Source of the DNA: Octopus vulgaris
Lineage: Eukaryota
Length of the DNA stretch: 64,000 bases
Direction of reading: 5' to 3'
Assembly: GCA_951406725.2 (NCBI GenBank)
Contig: OX597816.1
Coordinates: 56,916,001 to 56,980,000 of the forward strand
Shown here: positions 16,262 through 29,055 of the stretch, one piece after another
Numbering within the stretch: the first letter of the stretch is position 1
How the letters are laid out: each line of letters starts with the position of its first letter
Translations under genes and position numbers: made by a program
Notes under the pieces: generated by a model
What the model saw: the letters and a program-made list of their open reading frames with translations, nothing else
What the model was told of the DNA's origin: nothing
The model's database searches: none

Positions 16262-17371
16262 TCAAGAAGGTGTATTTGTAAGCATGCCAACATACATTGG
16301 TGATTATGATAGAAGCTTTGTAAAATGTATTGCGACAACAGTTATCGTTGTGTGGTTGTCATTCGTTTCACAATTCCATATCTTCGGGATCAATCCCACC
16401 GCACAACATCTGGACATATAAAATCCGATTGAGGTAAACTGTGTAGAAGATGACCAGAGAAAATATTCCCTTTTATTTTTCGGTTGTAGATTTAAACTGT
16501 TATCTGGTTTTACGCAACCAAAAGGATTTTAGATTCCTCCACAGAATCCCCTCTAATTAGAGGACCTTGAAAAGGATCAGGTTGATGTGACAAACTGGGT
16601 CAAAACCCTCCAAATGGTGGTAAATTTGTTCTCAGGTTTTGTTTGTCTTTATAGAGACATCTAAACGATTTGCAGTTTAAGGTTTGAAGACTTTAGAGAC
16701 ATCAGTTATGATTTAGTTTAGCCACGAAGGTGTTTCTGACGGGTCGGAAGTAAAACACATGTATTGCCGATGATGGGTTAACAAAAAGAACAGCCATCAT
16801 CTGTTTGCCTTGAAGTGCCAGGAGGTTGGGGAGGCAGGGGCTGTCGGGTAATATTAGCGGAATTCATTTAATTAATCAATCATTCGTCAGACGAACCAAT
16901 TTTCAGGACAGAGATTTTCTGTTGTTATTTTCATATTGGCTGTAAATAAAATTTAGTGTTAAGAAATTTCGCCAAAGATCCATTTCGGACCGAAGTCTGT
17001 GAATATTCCTGCAGAAAAGGAGAAACATTAATGATGAATTATTAAAAAAACTGTCTGCTGATATATACATACATAGGTATATTTACATACGCGCACGCGC
17101 ATGTGTGTGTGTGCTTGCTTAAGTATGTACATAATACATATACATAAATGTATATGTTTAGCGTTCTATATTTTGTGAAACAAGGATGTTCCATATGGTG
17201 TATATCATATAATATTTATCCCTAGTCCATATATTTCGCTCTCTTTTTTTCTTCTTTTCAAACGAAATCATTTCTCTTACGTGTAAGCTGTTTTCAGTTG
17301 CGCATGACTCGTTGTGCGTAACTATGTGAGTACAAATATATATATATATATATACTTACATACATACATAC

Positions 17372-17423
<52 letters not shown>

Positions 17424-17441
17424 GTATGTATGTATGAATTC

Positions 17442-17480
<39 letters not shown>

Positions 17481-17844
17481 TGTATGTATCTGTGTGTGTC
17501 CGTATACAGCGACAAGTATTATTAAAGTGGGTATGACAATAAGATAAAGGAAAGACTAGAAAAGACAGACTGACAACTATAAGGGCGATAAATGGAGTTG
17601 ATAAAAGTTATGATAAATCCTTGAGCTAGGGAGTGGTCTTTGGGTGTTTCCTCTGTTGCCCCTCCATAGATGCCCATCACTCATTCATGAATTCCCTCAA
17701 CATCTGCCGCAGTTTTGACAGTTATATGTGAATGCGCGTATCCGCGTATATAGACGAATATATTCACATATATACTTACACAAATATACAAAGATATATG
17801 TGTGTATGTATATATATATATAAAATACTATATAAATCTATATG

Positions 17845-19116
17845 TATTATCGATACCCAAAAGAAACGGGAATTTTGCAACATTATTTTATTCACTTACT
17901 TTTGCATGTTTACACTTTTATCGCCTTCAAAGTATTCTCCATTTGAAGCAATACATCGGACCAGACGCGTTTTCCACTGTTGGAAGCAGTCCTGGAATTC
18001 TTGCGAAATGATGCCTTTTAACACCTCCGTGGGTTTTTTTTCTTTTTTCTTTTTCGTCACTCTTCCATATCTGCAAAACGTTTTTCTTTAAGACTTTTTT
18101 TTATTCGGGGGGACAAAAATGTCTCAGGGAGCAAGATCGGGAAGATAGGTAATCGGGGTCATGCCAATTTTTGGCCAAAAATTGTCTCACACTCAAGACG
18201 GTGTGCGCAGGCGCATTGTCGTGATAAAGCCACCACTCTCCACTTTGCCACAAGTCGGGGCGTTTTCCTCTCACCGCGTCTCGCAAATATTTCAGAACTG
18301 CCAAGTAAAATGTCTGGTTAACAGTTTGACCAGGAGAAACAAATTCTCTGTGGACAATTTCTTTCGCGTCCATGAAACAAATTAACATCGTCTTGACACT
18401 GGACACCACTTGGTGACATTGAATACTTCCGTTGACTTGATTGCTGCTTCGTTTCCGGGTCGTAACAGTAGCACCACCTTTCGTCACCAGTGATGACCTT
18501 CGAAACTAAGGTCCAGATCAACTTCCAACTGTTCTTTCGATTCACGACACGCATTCAATCGTGACGGCTTTTGATCTTCCCTGAGCAAGCGAGGCACAAA
18601 TTTTGCAGCAACTCTTTCTATTCGCAATTTCTCGCTCAAAATTCGTTGGCAGGAGTTCCAGAACACACCAGTCATACCAACAAGTTCTTCAATTCCTCGG
18701 TGACGGTCCTCAAGATCACTTCATGAATTTTCATGATGTTTTTATTCGCTCCGAAGATCGATTGTCGTCCTGAACGAGTTTGGTCTTCAAGCAACAAGTG
18801 ACCATTCCTAAAGCGTGAAAACCACTCGTAAACTTGTGATTTTGCTCATGGCAGAATCCTTGTAAGCCGTTTGAAGCATGACAACTCTTTCGGTCACCGT
18901 TTTCTGCAGCAGAAAACAGAATTTCGCTGAAGCACGCGGTTCCTTCGTTTCAGCCATCGCAATAATCGACAAACAGGAGAGAAGCACTACGTGACAGTAC
19001 CACATCACCCGACAATGCCTGAGTGTCGCATCAAATGATTTCTAGCAGCGGAAGCCTGAACTACAACGGGCTTGTCCCACAGAGAACGTTTCTAGTTAGG
19101 TTTGGGTACCCCCTCG
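17845..19116 (-). mobile_element. Mariner DNA transposon, near full length, transposase pseudogenised
   Basis: Fragments VAAKFVPRLL, VITGDERWCYCYDPETKQQS, LYHDNAPAHT over several frames; terminus TA-CGAGGGGGTACCCAAA at 19118-19100 and degenerate counterpart GATACCCAAAAGAAACGGG near 17852; about 1.27 kb. Confidence 0.92.
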
Positions 19117-19374
19117 TATATACATGCACATACATTTATATTGCGTATGTGTATATTTATACACGTATATATATATACAGAAAGAAAGTGAGGAAAGAGA
19201 GAGAGAGATTGGTAGATAGGGAAATACATATAGAGAGTTGGAGAAAATAGCCAGACACAGACAGACAGAATTTTATGAATTTGTTTTACAAGATTCCTGA
19301 TGTGAAATCGTAGGTTGAAACAGAATTTGTTATATTTGGGGGTGGTCATATTTTTGTATATGTACTTTTTGTAA

Positions 19375-19471
<97 letters not shown>

Positions 19472-19493
19472 TAGATGGATAGCTCGATCGATC

Positions 19494-19560
<67 letters not shown>

Positions 19561-20034
19561 GGTGCCAAGTGTTTATGCCTGCCTGGCAATAGGGTGTGTA
19601 TATAGGAAGATATCACTTCCACCGCTGAAGAGCCATACTGACCAAGCCATACTGACCAATAGAGAATACGGAAGATGTGTTACATTCACTTCTCCATAAT
19701 TTCTTGTCGACATTTTCGTCGCTCATCCCCTAATCTTCTCACTGACGCATTTTCCTCTGCAACTCCTGAAAATCACTTGTGAGCTTCTATATGCTGTGCT
19801 ATTTTTTCTTTGCTTTCTCTCTTCCTGCTACCGATTTGTTGTTTGACCTTTCATATGAATCCCTCGAAAATACTTTTATCTTCAAGTATGTTTGCCAACG
19901 AATTCGAAGTTTTATTACTAGATTTCAATTATCTTGTCTTCTTTTCATTTTTTATATTTTTTGTCATGGTGGTTGGTTTTGAATGCATGGAAAGTCATTC
20001 ATTTTCTCTCCACATACCCGCACCTGTATATCTA

Positions 20035-20119
<85 letters not shown>

Positions 20120-20619
20120 CCATATATCTATATCTATATATACATACATACCTACACACATACACATAGATTATGTGTACAATATCTTCTTTTAGTAAAT
20201 GTCTATTGAAATTGGATTTTTTTCTTTTTTTTGTGAAGTTACTATATTTAACTGTTTGGTTAAAAAAAAAATTATGTGGGACAAATAGTATTTTGCAAAT
20301 GATAAAATAGAATAGATATCATCTTGATCTGTATACGCACACAAGCAGATAACCTGTATGTAAGCACACGTTTAAATAACGCATCAAGTTCAAAGGAAAT
20401 TTTTATGAGTAAAACTGTAAGATCATTTTCTAGTCTAGTGAGACACCTTTTCAAATCTTTCGTCTTATTCTGACCTCCTTATTGAAGTAATTACATATGC
20501 AAGTTTTAACTTCGAAATCATACGTGCTGTGTATGAGCTCTGTAGTTGAGAAGGTAGTTGCGAATAAAACTGCTGTATGTTGTATAGGAAGGTAGACAAT
20601 ATTAAATCTTTTTTTTTTT

Positions 20620-21015
20620 AAGCGGCGAGCTGGCAGAATCGTTAGCACACCGGGCGAATTGCTAACTGGTATTTCGTCTGCCGCTACGTTCTGACTTCAA
20701 ATTCCGCCGAGGTTGACTTTGCCTTTCATCCTTTCGAGGGTCGATTAAATAAGTACCAGTTACGGACTGGGGTCGATATAATCGACTTAATCTCTTTGTC
20801 TGTCCTTGTTTGTCCTCTCTGTCTTTAGCCCCTTGTGGGTAGTAAAGAAATAGGTATTTCGTCTGTCTTTACTATCTGAGTTCAAATTCAGCCGAGGTCG
20901 ACTTTTATTTTCATCTTTTCGGGGTCGATAAATTAAGTACCAGTTGCGTACTGGTGTCGATCTAATTGACTGCCCCCTCCCCCAAAATTTCGGGCCTTGT
21001 GCCTAGAGAAGAAAA
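20620..21015 (+). mobile_element. SINE family A tandem dimer (tail type 1 then tail type 2)
   Basis: Head GCGGCGAGCTGGCAGAATCGTTAGCAC; core present twice; junction AAATAGGTATTTCGTCTG at about 20850. Confidence 0.88.
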
Positions 21016-21681
21016 TATTTAAGTTTCTCTCTCTACTCTTTTATCATACAGTGTTAAAATATGTACATCATTCTGTCATTCCCTCAATGAGTTCGTTTTA
21101 TCTTATATTAATAGTTAATGCAAGATTAATATAAATTAGTTTTATTATAATTTAAAACTTGAAATTAATAATGTAAGGTTAATCCTTAAAGTTACATTTA
21201 TTGTGTTCCTGTGAACTTCGGTGACTGCTGAACTCAAAGAAATACCGAGCCTGAATGATATTCTAATTAATCAATTCTTATTAATTTTATTGATTGGAAA
21301 CCATTGAGAGAGGGATAGAATGGTAACAGCTACAATATGGATGCCTTTAGGCCTGTTTGCACTTTTCCAAAATTCCTCTTATTATTTCTGATGGATCGAT
21401 TCACTTTCATTAGCGACTACAATGTTATGTTAGAAAATGCTATGCTCTTTTTTTGGCTGTACCATTTGGCCATTTCCATAAATAGGAAACCGAATGAATG
21501 TGTGAGTCATTTCTGGATTGTTAGAAAGAGGAAATGGGAAAATAAGAAGAATCGTTAATGGTTCCTGGCTCACCGAATGACACTGCCGCTGCTACTGGAA
21601 TTCTTTTTATTCTTTTATTTTTTATTTGTATCAATCGTTTAACTGTGGCCACACCAGAGCACCACCTCGAAGGTTTTAGAT

Positions 21682-22245
21682 CAGTGGTTCCTAACTATTT
21701 TTTTTTCTACTGGACCCTTTGGTTCCTCTTTTACTCAGGGAGACCCTCACAGCCACTCAATGTTTTAAAAGATCCCATTGTAGTTTTATAATTAAATATT
21801 ACTAAGAATTGTATTTAAAATTTGTGAAAATATTTTGTGTATTTCAGAAGTACAACCTATTGATTGTAGTGAAGTCGCGTGGCTTAGTGGTCAGGGCATT
21901 TGGCTCACAATCGTAAGATCGTGAGTTCAATTCCCGGCAATGCGTTGTGTTCTTGAGCAAGACACTTTATTTCACGTTGCTCCAGTCCATTCGGCTGACA
22001 AAAATGAATAGTACCTGTATTTCAAAGGGCCAGCCTTGTCATACTCTATGTCCCGCTGAATCTCCCTGAGAATATGTTAAAGGTACACGTGTCTGTTTAG
22101 TGCTCAGCCACTTGCACGTTAATTTCACGAGCAAGCTGTTCCGCTGATCGGATCAGCTGCGACCCTCGTCGTCGTACATAAATTTTAAAAGCAAAATCTT
22201 ATGTGGACCTTCAAGGATCATTTGGACCCCGGGTGGGAACCACTG
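21682..22245. mobile_element. hAT (Charlie-like) MITE interrupted by a SINE
   Basis: TIRs CAGTGGTTCCTAAC / GGTGGGAACCACTG; 8-bp TSD TTTTAGAT (21674-21681) / TTTTAGAC (22246-22253). Confidence 0.85.
21869..22177 (+). mobile_element. tRNA-derived SINE, family C
   Basis: A box TGGCTTAGTGG, B box GAGTTCAATTCC; tail shared with 25513-25690 and 53495-53670. Confidence 0.82.
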
Positions 22246-23680
22246 TTTTAGACGAACCAGTACAACCAGTACAACTTATTTTAAGTTTAGTATGCTGGTA
22301 TGCATTCTGTCGTTCTCGTTCGATCGAACCTCTACGCTATGTGGGTGTAAATAAACTATCATCGTTTGTCAAGCGGTACTCATATAAACGCAAAGACGCG
22401 ATGGGTTTTTATAGAGTTTCCGTCAATCAAATTCAGTCACAAGGAATTGGTCGGCGCGGTGTTACAGTGGAAGACAGTTATACGAGATGCCGCGCAATGG
22501 GCATGAACTCGAAACCAAGCAGTTGCCAAACCAACTTCGTAAATGCACAGGCATAGAGATATTAAGTAAACAACTACAGCTTCTATAAGTATTCGAACCT
22601 AGGTCAGGAATTCTAATATTCTGCTGGCTGGGAAGATTTTTCTGTTCCACTGCATTCTTTATGACCCAGGCAAGTACCTTTTGTATGGTTGTCCAACCTG
22701 CTAGAAATGGCATCCAATTTTCCCTCAAAGCCCACAACCTACTACTGGCTCACGAGGCAAAAACTGGCGGAGTGGCCGAAGATGGAACACCTTTGAACAT
22801 AATTTTTTATCAATATTTGTCAGCGATTAAGCAGCAAAAATAATTCCACTACAATTATTATAACACAACAATAGCAGCTAAATCTCCCTCAAAACACTTG
22901 CGTGGGAGGACGATTTGAAGTTGTGGACAAATTGTCAATAAGAGACAGGATGGTCGCAGATGGATTGGTTTTCTATCACGGTATACCTTGGGTTAAACAA
23001 CGGTGCACCTCTTGTCGATACAATATATGGTATAAATGGATGAAATCATTGATGGGAATCAATATAATCGTTAATCCATGCTCAAGTGTTAATCTAATTA
23101 AAACGTTGGTAGCCGGGATCAAATAAACATATGTTACACCTTCAATTATTTACATATGTTTTGATTTACTAATATTGTTGATGTGGCAAGCGGCCTCGTA
23201 TATAATAATAGAAAGTTGTCAGTTCACCAGACCAGAACGATGTTATTCGGTACACAATGTGGTCTAATAAATATACACTGTTATTGATTGGTACGTATAT
23301 ATTATTATTATTAAAGTAATGAAGGAATAGACCCAGGCAAAAACTATATAAACATGCATACATACACGTGTGTGTGTGTGTGTGCATTTGTGAATGGGTG
23401 TGTGTTGGTATACGTGTATTTATAGTTATGTTATTATTTTGATATTAAATCTAAATATGGCGGAATTTCATATCTCAAATACTTATGTTACTCACAATTC
23501 TTGTCTCAATAAATATAATTCTGAAGACCAAAATTAGGTTATATGTACCTGTGATTATCTAGAGCTGTGTGCGTGTACATATGTATGTGTGTGTGTGTGT
23601 GTTCGTGTGTGCGCATGTAAGTATATATGTATATGTGTATATATAATGTGTGTATATATAAATATATATATATATATATA

Positions 23681-23900
23681 GTTAATCCAAACAAGAAAAC
23701 ACAGAAAAAAAACACAGAAAAAACACAGCAACGCGAGGACGTGGAACAAATAAAGTATTATTTGACGCTCAGGAAAGAAGGGAAGGAGGGTTTAACGTTT
23801 CGAGCGGAGCTCTTCGTCGGAAACAAGGAGAAGGAAAGATCCCGAGAAGGGAAGACAGAGGAAAAAAATATTTTTGCTGGTGGTGCTCAAGAGATCACAT
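23681..23900 (-). mobile_element. PLE pseudo-LTR family H1 copy
   Basis: Highly similar to 35174-35380; flanked by (TA)n; contains a hammerhead motif. Confidence 0.75.
23790..23824 (-). ncRNA. Minimal hammerhead motif with variant core
   Basis: Minus strand GTTT-CCGACGA-A-GAGC-tcc-GCTC-GAAACGTT-AAAC: helices I and II pair perfectly, palindromic AACGTT, U4 replaced by C. Confidence 0.6.
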
Positions 23901-23981
23901 GTATATATATATATATATATACATATATATATAATGTGCATATATGTGTGTATATATATATGTGTGAGTGGGTGTTTGTGT

Positions 23982-24013
<32 letters not shown>

Positions 24014-24235
24014 ACTAGGAAACAATGCGATATAGTGCTAGACATTATCACAATTTATGATTCAGGAGAACAGCCATGGGAAATAACAAAATGGCGACTA
24101 AATACAATTTCAGAAAAAAAAATCGAAAACTAAAGCAACAAAAAGAAAATAGAGGTGGGAGAGTCTGATCTGACCCTTTCATTAGACAAATGGTTTCTGA
24201 AGAAGGCCCAAAACCACGTCGATGAGTTTTAGATA

Positions 24236-24375
24236 GATAACTTTCTTTATTGGCCACACAGGGCTGAAATACAGAGGAGACAAATACAAATGTAGAGCTT
24301 TTCTTTTCGAAGATGGAAAAAGAAAAAAGGAAACAAAAAGGGAAACAAATGTAAAATTCCGATCAAAAGGGAGGG
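24236..24375 (-). mobile_element. Short 3' end of the same putative Tx1-like LINE, within (GATA)n
   Basis: Minus strand ..TTTGTCTCCTCTGTATTTCAGCCCTGTGTGGCCAATAAAGAAAGTTATC(TATC)n; AATAAA near the end; GTAGAGCTTTTCTTTT shared with the copy near 11207. Confidence 0.55.
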
Positions 24376-24475
<100 letters not shown>

Positions 24476-24608
24476 GGATTTGATGTTGACTGTCAGAAAT
24501 ACAAGTTACACAATACCGTAGTAGCGATTAAAGATATTTTATTTTGGTTAAATCTCTTGCTTCTCTGGAGCTTCGCCAATGCATAGAGAAAGTTATCAAG
24601 CAAGCTCT

Positions 24609-24641
<33 letters not shown>

Positions 24642-24989
24642 TATCATCTGTTTTAATTTCTTACCTTATAGAACGTACGTGTAATAGTGATAAAATATGC
24701 CGAAAGATCGGAATATTTAAATTACAATGAATTAATGTTATCGAATGATTTTTTAAAAAAAGAAACATTTCAAACGACTTAAGCTTTCAGTAAATGTGTT
24801 TCGCTTCAACCAAGCGATTAGTAGGTTTATGTGCTGCTGTAATACTTGGTTACCATTGGCTGTGCATTAGTTTTAAATCTGATTCTGCTGGCTGTGATAA
24901 TTGACAGTAGAGAAGAACCATTTGGAAAAGTTTTTAGATGGAAGCATTTGTTTTGGTCTTTTTCTGCTTTTAAGTGTTTCATTTCAAAC

Positions 24990-25500
24990 CTTTTCCATGG
25001 TCATTCTTTGGAGATTGGCTTCTGGTTCGATATTGCTGCAGGAGGAGAGAGAAGTCCGAAACGTGGTCCCTTGCTATTCGTAAGACCCGCAGAAGAGAAA
25101 GCAGGTCAACCCCCGACACAGAGAGCATCGACGGATGGATGAATGCGCATCCAGGCACAGCGGTTGCGTAGGAAGTCGGGGACAAGAAACAGGAAGAAAG
25201 AGTGGGAGAAAGTTGGAGCGAAAGAGTACAACAGGGGTCGCCCCCGCTGCCGGAGCCTCGTGGAGCTTTAGGTGTTTTCGCTCAATAAACACACACAACA
25301 CAACACCCGACTCGAGTCCGCTACCCTAACCACTGGGCCATTGCGCCTCCACTGCTGCAGGAGGTCAAAGCATTTCTTGAAAACGGCTGCTCCTACTCCA
25401 GTTAAATGTTTCAGATGATCTGGCAAGGTATTAAACAGCCATCTTAATATATTGTAAATGAAGCACTTTAGTGAGAGGAACAATAACCTTTCTTTGACTA
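24990..25500 (-). mobile_element. CR1-group LINE 3' fragment split by a SINE
   Basis: RWLFNTLPDHLKHLTGVGAAVFKKCFDLL resembles the CR1 C-terminal LFNxLP motif; continues across the SINE TSD. Confidence 0.55.
25046..25352 (-). mobile_element. Full-length tRNA-derived SINE, family D
   Basis: Head GTGGAGGCGCAATGGCCCAGTGGTTAGGG; perfect 12-bp TSD TGCTGCAGGAGG at 25034-25045 and 25353-25364. Confidence 0.88.
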
Positions 25501-25512
25501 TAACTGGCCCTC

Positions 25513-25822
25513 CGTCGGTTACGACGATGTGTGCTCCAGTTGATCCGATCAATGGAACAGCCTAGTCGTGAATTTAACATGCAAGTGGCCGAGTACTCCA
25601 CAGACACGCGTACCCTTAACTTAGTTCTCAGGGAGATTCAGTATGGTACCCAGAATGTGACAAGGAGTGCCCGCTTTGTATTACAGGTACAACTCATCTT
25701 TGCTGGCGGAGTAGACTGGGGCAAAGAGAAATAAAGTGGAAACAACGCGCCACCGAGAATCGAACTCCCGACCTTACGATCGTGAGCCGAATACCCTAAC
25801 AACTAAGCCACACGCCTTCACT
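25513..25822 (-). mobile_element. SINE family C
   Basis: Inverted homologue of 21869-22177, with B box GAGTTCGATTC. Confidence 0.82.
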
Positions 25823-25991
25823 CCCTGATTATACATATATAAATATATATCCATGCATATATATACATACACATATGACTACATACATACATACATACAT
25901 ACATACATACATACATACATACATACATACATGCATGCATTCATACATACATGCATGCATGCATACATACATACATACATACATACATACA

Positions 25992-26024
<33 letters not shown>

Positions 26025-26111
26025 GTTTAGTACCTGGTCCCTCTCAAAAATAGTTGCTTACAAGATAAAGGAATTATAATAAGTATTATAATCATGCCCA
26101 CGTGCATATGA

Positions 26112-26177
26112 AATAATGGTTAAGAGCGCGGGTTTACTAACCCCGTGATTCCGAGTTCGATTCCAGGTAGTGACCTG

Positions 26178-26275
<98 letters not shown>

Positions 26276-26492
26276 CAACAACAACAACAGCAACAAGAAC
26301 ATCGAAAAATACCTTAGGAACGAGAGCCCAGGTTCGAACTTTCCCCAAGACACCTGATGAAGGCTGGAGGGTATATCAGCCGAAACGTTCTGTTAACAAC
26401 AAACAAGATGGTGACAAATATCCGTCAAATGTAAATAATATAAATAATGTAAATAATGTACATAATTCCTCATCTCTTAAATATGGAACAGT
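26112..26492 (+). mobile_element. Composite element: tRNA-like head + (AAT)n/(AAC)n + hammerhead-bearing tail
   Basis: TGGTTAAGAGCGCGGG..GAGTTCGATTCC at 26117-26164; triplet tract 26178-26295; second B-box-like GGTTCGAAC near 26331; hammerhead at 26350-26393. Confidence 0.6.
26350..26393 (+). ncRNA. Type I hammerhead ribozyme motif
   Basis: ACAC-CTGATGA-A-GGCTG-gagggtatat-CAGCC-GAAACGTT-CTGT: canonical core, 5-bp helix II, palindromic AACGTT, one mismatch in helix I. Confidence 0.72.
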
Positions 26493-26651
26493 ATTATCAT
26501 AGTTTTTGTTGTTGTTGAGTGAGAGAATAGTACACGCTGTCAAAGTGACGTTTGGGTACAAATATACGGAGCCCTGTATACCCATCATGACTACCCGTTT
26601 GGTAAGGCTTCACATGCATATATTCGCGTATGACCTATCAGGTGATGGCCC

Positions 26652-26842
26652 ACTCTTTACTTGTTTCAGTCATTTGACTGCGGCCATGCTGGAGCACCGC
26701 CTTTAATCGAGCAACTCGACCCCGGGACTTATTCTTTTAAGCCCAGTACTTATTCTATCGGTTCTTTTTCCGAACCGCTAAGTGACGGGGACATAAACAC
26801 ACCAGCATCGGTTGTCAAGCAATGCTAGGGGGACAAACACAG

Positions 26843-26879
<37 letters not shown>

Positions 26880-27049
26880 CATATATACGACGGGCTTCTT
26901 TCAGTTTCCGTCTACCAAATCCACTCACAAGGCTTTGGTCGGCCCGAGGCTATAGTAGAAGATACTTGCCCAAGGTGCCACGCTGTGGGACTGAACCCGG
27001 AACCATGTGGGTGGTAAACAAGCTACTTACCACACAGCCACCTGCGCCT
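26652..27049 (-). mobile_element. Full-length tRNA-derived SINE, family B (internal CA/TA microsatellite)
   Basis: Head GGCGCAGGTGGCTGTGTGGTAAG..GGGTTCAGTCCC, CORE-like CCTTGGGCAAGT; homologues at 46528-46892, 55040-55250, 62578-63122 and 28068-28230. Confidence 0.88.
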
Positions 27050-28236
27050 ATGCCACACAGCCACTCTTGCGCCCACTTAGAATTTTCTTAAAATCTAGTA
27101 GCCCATCCCACTCAAAAAGTCCCTGGATTAGGGTTGTTTAAGGATGATGAACAAAACACCCATGTTTCCAGGGATGAATTATTCAAACCCAAAGAATCCA
27201 TCTCAACACACGGCTATGATTCTTCCCGCTCTATTGTTCATATTTGTGTTGTTTCAATTATTTTACTTGCTCGTGGTTTCATTGAGGATCCTGTTGACAG
27301 CAATGTTTTTAAGTAATTTTCAGTCATTCTCCTCACCAATCCTTTTTTTCCATGGTATCCCTTTCACAGATATTATCAAGTTCTTTTTTCTCTTTCTTTC
27401 CGTTTTTTTTTTTCTTTTTCTTTTCAATAAACAGAATTTCTGAAAGAGGCTAAAATGAAAGACACTTGATGTTTGAAGCGTTAGTTAATACTTTCATTTA
27501 AAAAAAAAATATTCTCCCAATCTCTGATTTGACACGGTTTTAATTCAGATTTCCGAAAAATTTCATCGTCAAACTCTTCTATCGAAATTAAAATCTGATC
27601 TTATTTTCTCAAGGTCCAACTGTCGTGAAGCGGGATATACTCTGACTTGACACTCGCCCTAATGGAGTTTTCTTGTTGAAGCTGTGACACTTCATAACGT
27701 AGTTTGATATCGAGATGGACAACAAGCTAAGCATAGGCACTCTTTCTTCTGTTTTTACAAGCGTTGACACTTGTACTGAGACACTCTAAAATACAAGGGA
27801 CAAACACATCAAGCATCTTCGAATCACATGATGATAGATGTAGCATCTCTCTCTCTCTCTCTTCTCTCTAGGCTTCTTTCATTCAATTGACCGGGCGTAG
27901 TGTTCATTCCAGCCGTGGCTCCCTCATCTATTTAAGGGTATCTAATACTGCAGCATCAAATTTCATTTAATCCTTTCCTAAGATTCTAAATTTTAAACCA
28001 AAACGAATTCAACTGTTATTTCTACCAGGTCAATGTTATTTACTATGAACACAAATATTCACCTACAGAGGCGTGGCGGTGTGGTTAAGAAGCTTGCTTC
28101 CAAACAACATGGCTCAGGGTTCAGTCCCACTGCATGGCACCTTGGCTAAGTGTCTTCTACTATACCCTCGGCCCGACTAATGCCTTGTGAGTAGATTTGG
28201 TTGACGGAAACTGGAAGATGCCAGTTTCCGTGTGTG

Positions 28237-28286
<50 letters not shown>

Positions 28287-28387
28287 TAAAAACGGTAAGA
28301 TAACAAAAGAAATAAAGATACCTCAATATTACGTAAATAGAGGAATTTATCTGTAAAAGTAATATGTGACAATTATTCGGTAGCCAA

Positions 28388-28448
28388 GATAAAACTCTGA
28401 GTTTCGGATGCCGAGGTGGAAATCCACACTACCATCTCTTCAGTTATC
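28388..28448 (-). ncRNA. Hammerhead motif (left arm of palindrome)
   Basis: Minus strand GATAA-CTGAAGA-GATG..CATCC-GAAACTCAGAGTT-TTATC. Confidence 0.68.
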
Positions 28449-28534
28449 TGGCCATCGGAAAAACGCTATGAAAAACGTTATACAAATTTCCCTTTGTATA
28501 ATGGTCTTTTTTCATAGCGTTTTTCTGATGGCCG

Positions 28535-28595
28535 GATAACTGAAGAGATGGTGGTGTGGATTTCCACCTCGGCATCCGAAACTCAGAGTTTTATC
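28535..28595 (+). ncRNA. Hammerhead motif (right arm of palindrome)
   Basis: GATAA-CTGAAGA-GATG..CATCC-GAAACTCAGAGTT-TTATC: 5-bp helix I, intact core, near-palindromic helix III. Confidence 0.68.
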
Positions 28596-28794
28596 TTGGC
28601 TACCGAATAATTGTCACATATTACTTTTACAGATATATATATACATACATAATACAACAATTCAATATCAGTCTTTTAGTTTGATATTGAATTGTTTTTA
28701 TATATACAACCTGACATGAAAACAAACATTGATGTATACATAGATGTACACACACACACACATATATATATATACATGTGCGTGTTTGTAAGTG

Positions 28795-28872
<78 letters not shown>

Positions 28873-29055
28873 TGTATGTGTGTGTATGTATGTATGCATG
28901 CATGTACGTACTGTGTGGACTAAAATCCCCGTTGACAGACCGCTGGTATTTATAGAGTGCAAATTCGGGACCCCATAGAGTACCTGCTGCATTTGTTGAG
29001 TATGCAAACAGTTTGGCTGCTTGTTTCTCTGGAGACTGTCATAATGATGTAGACG

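Larger units (their letters stand above)
28283..28635. mobile_element. Palindromic PLE pseudo-LTR, same family as the PLE at 44851-46390
   Basis: Arms 28348-28486 and 28493-28635; 28283-28480 is the reverse-complement homologue of 46200-46390; (TA)n on both sides. Confidence 0.85.

Noticed and set aside
26112-26178. tRNA-like sequences here and at SINE heads as true tRNA genes
   Set aside because: No complete cloverleaf or acceptor stem; each continues into repeat body sequence
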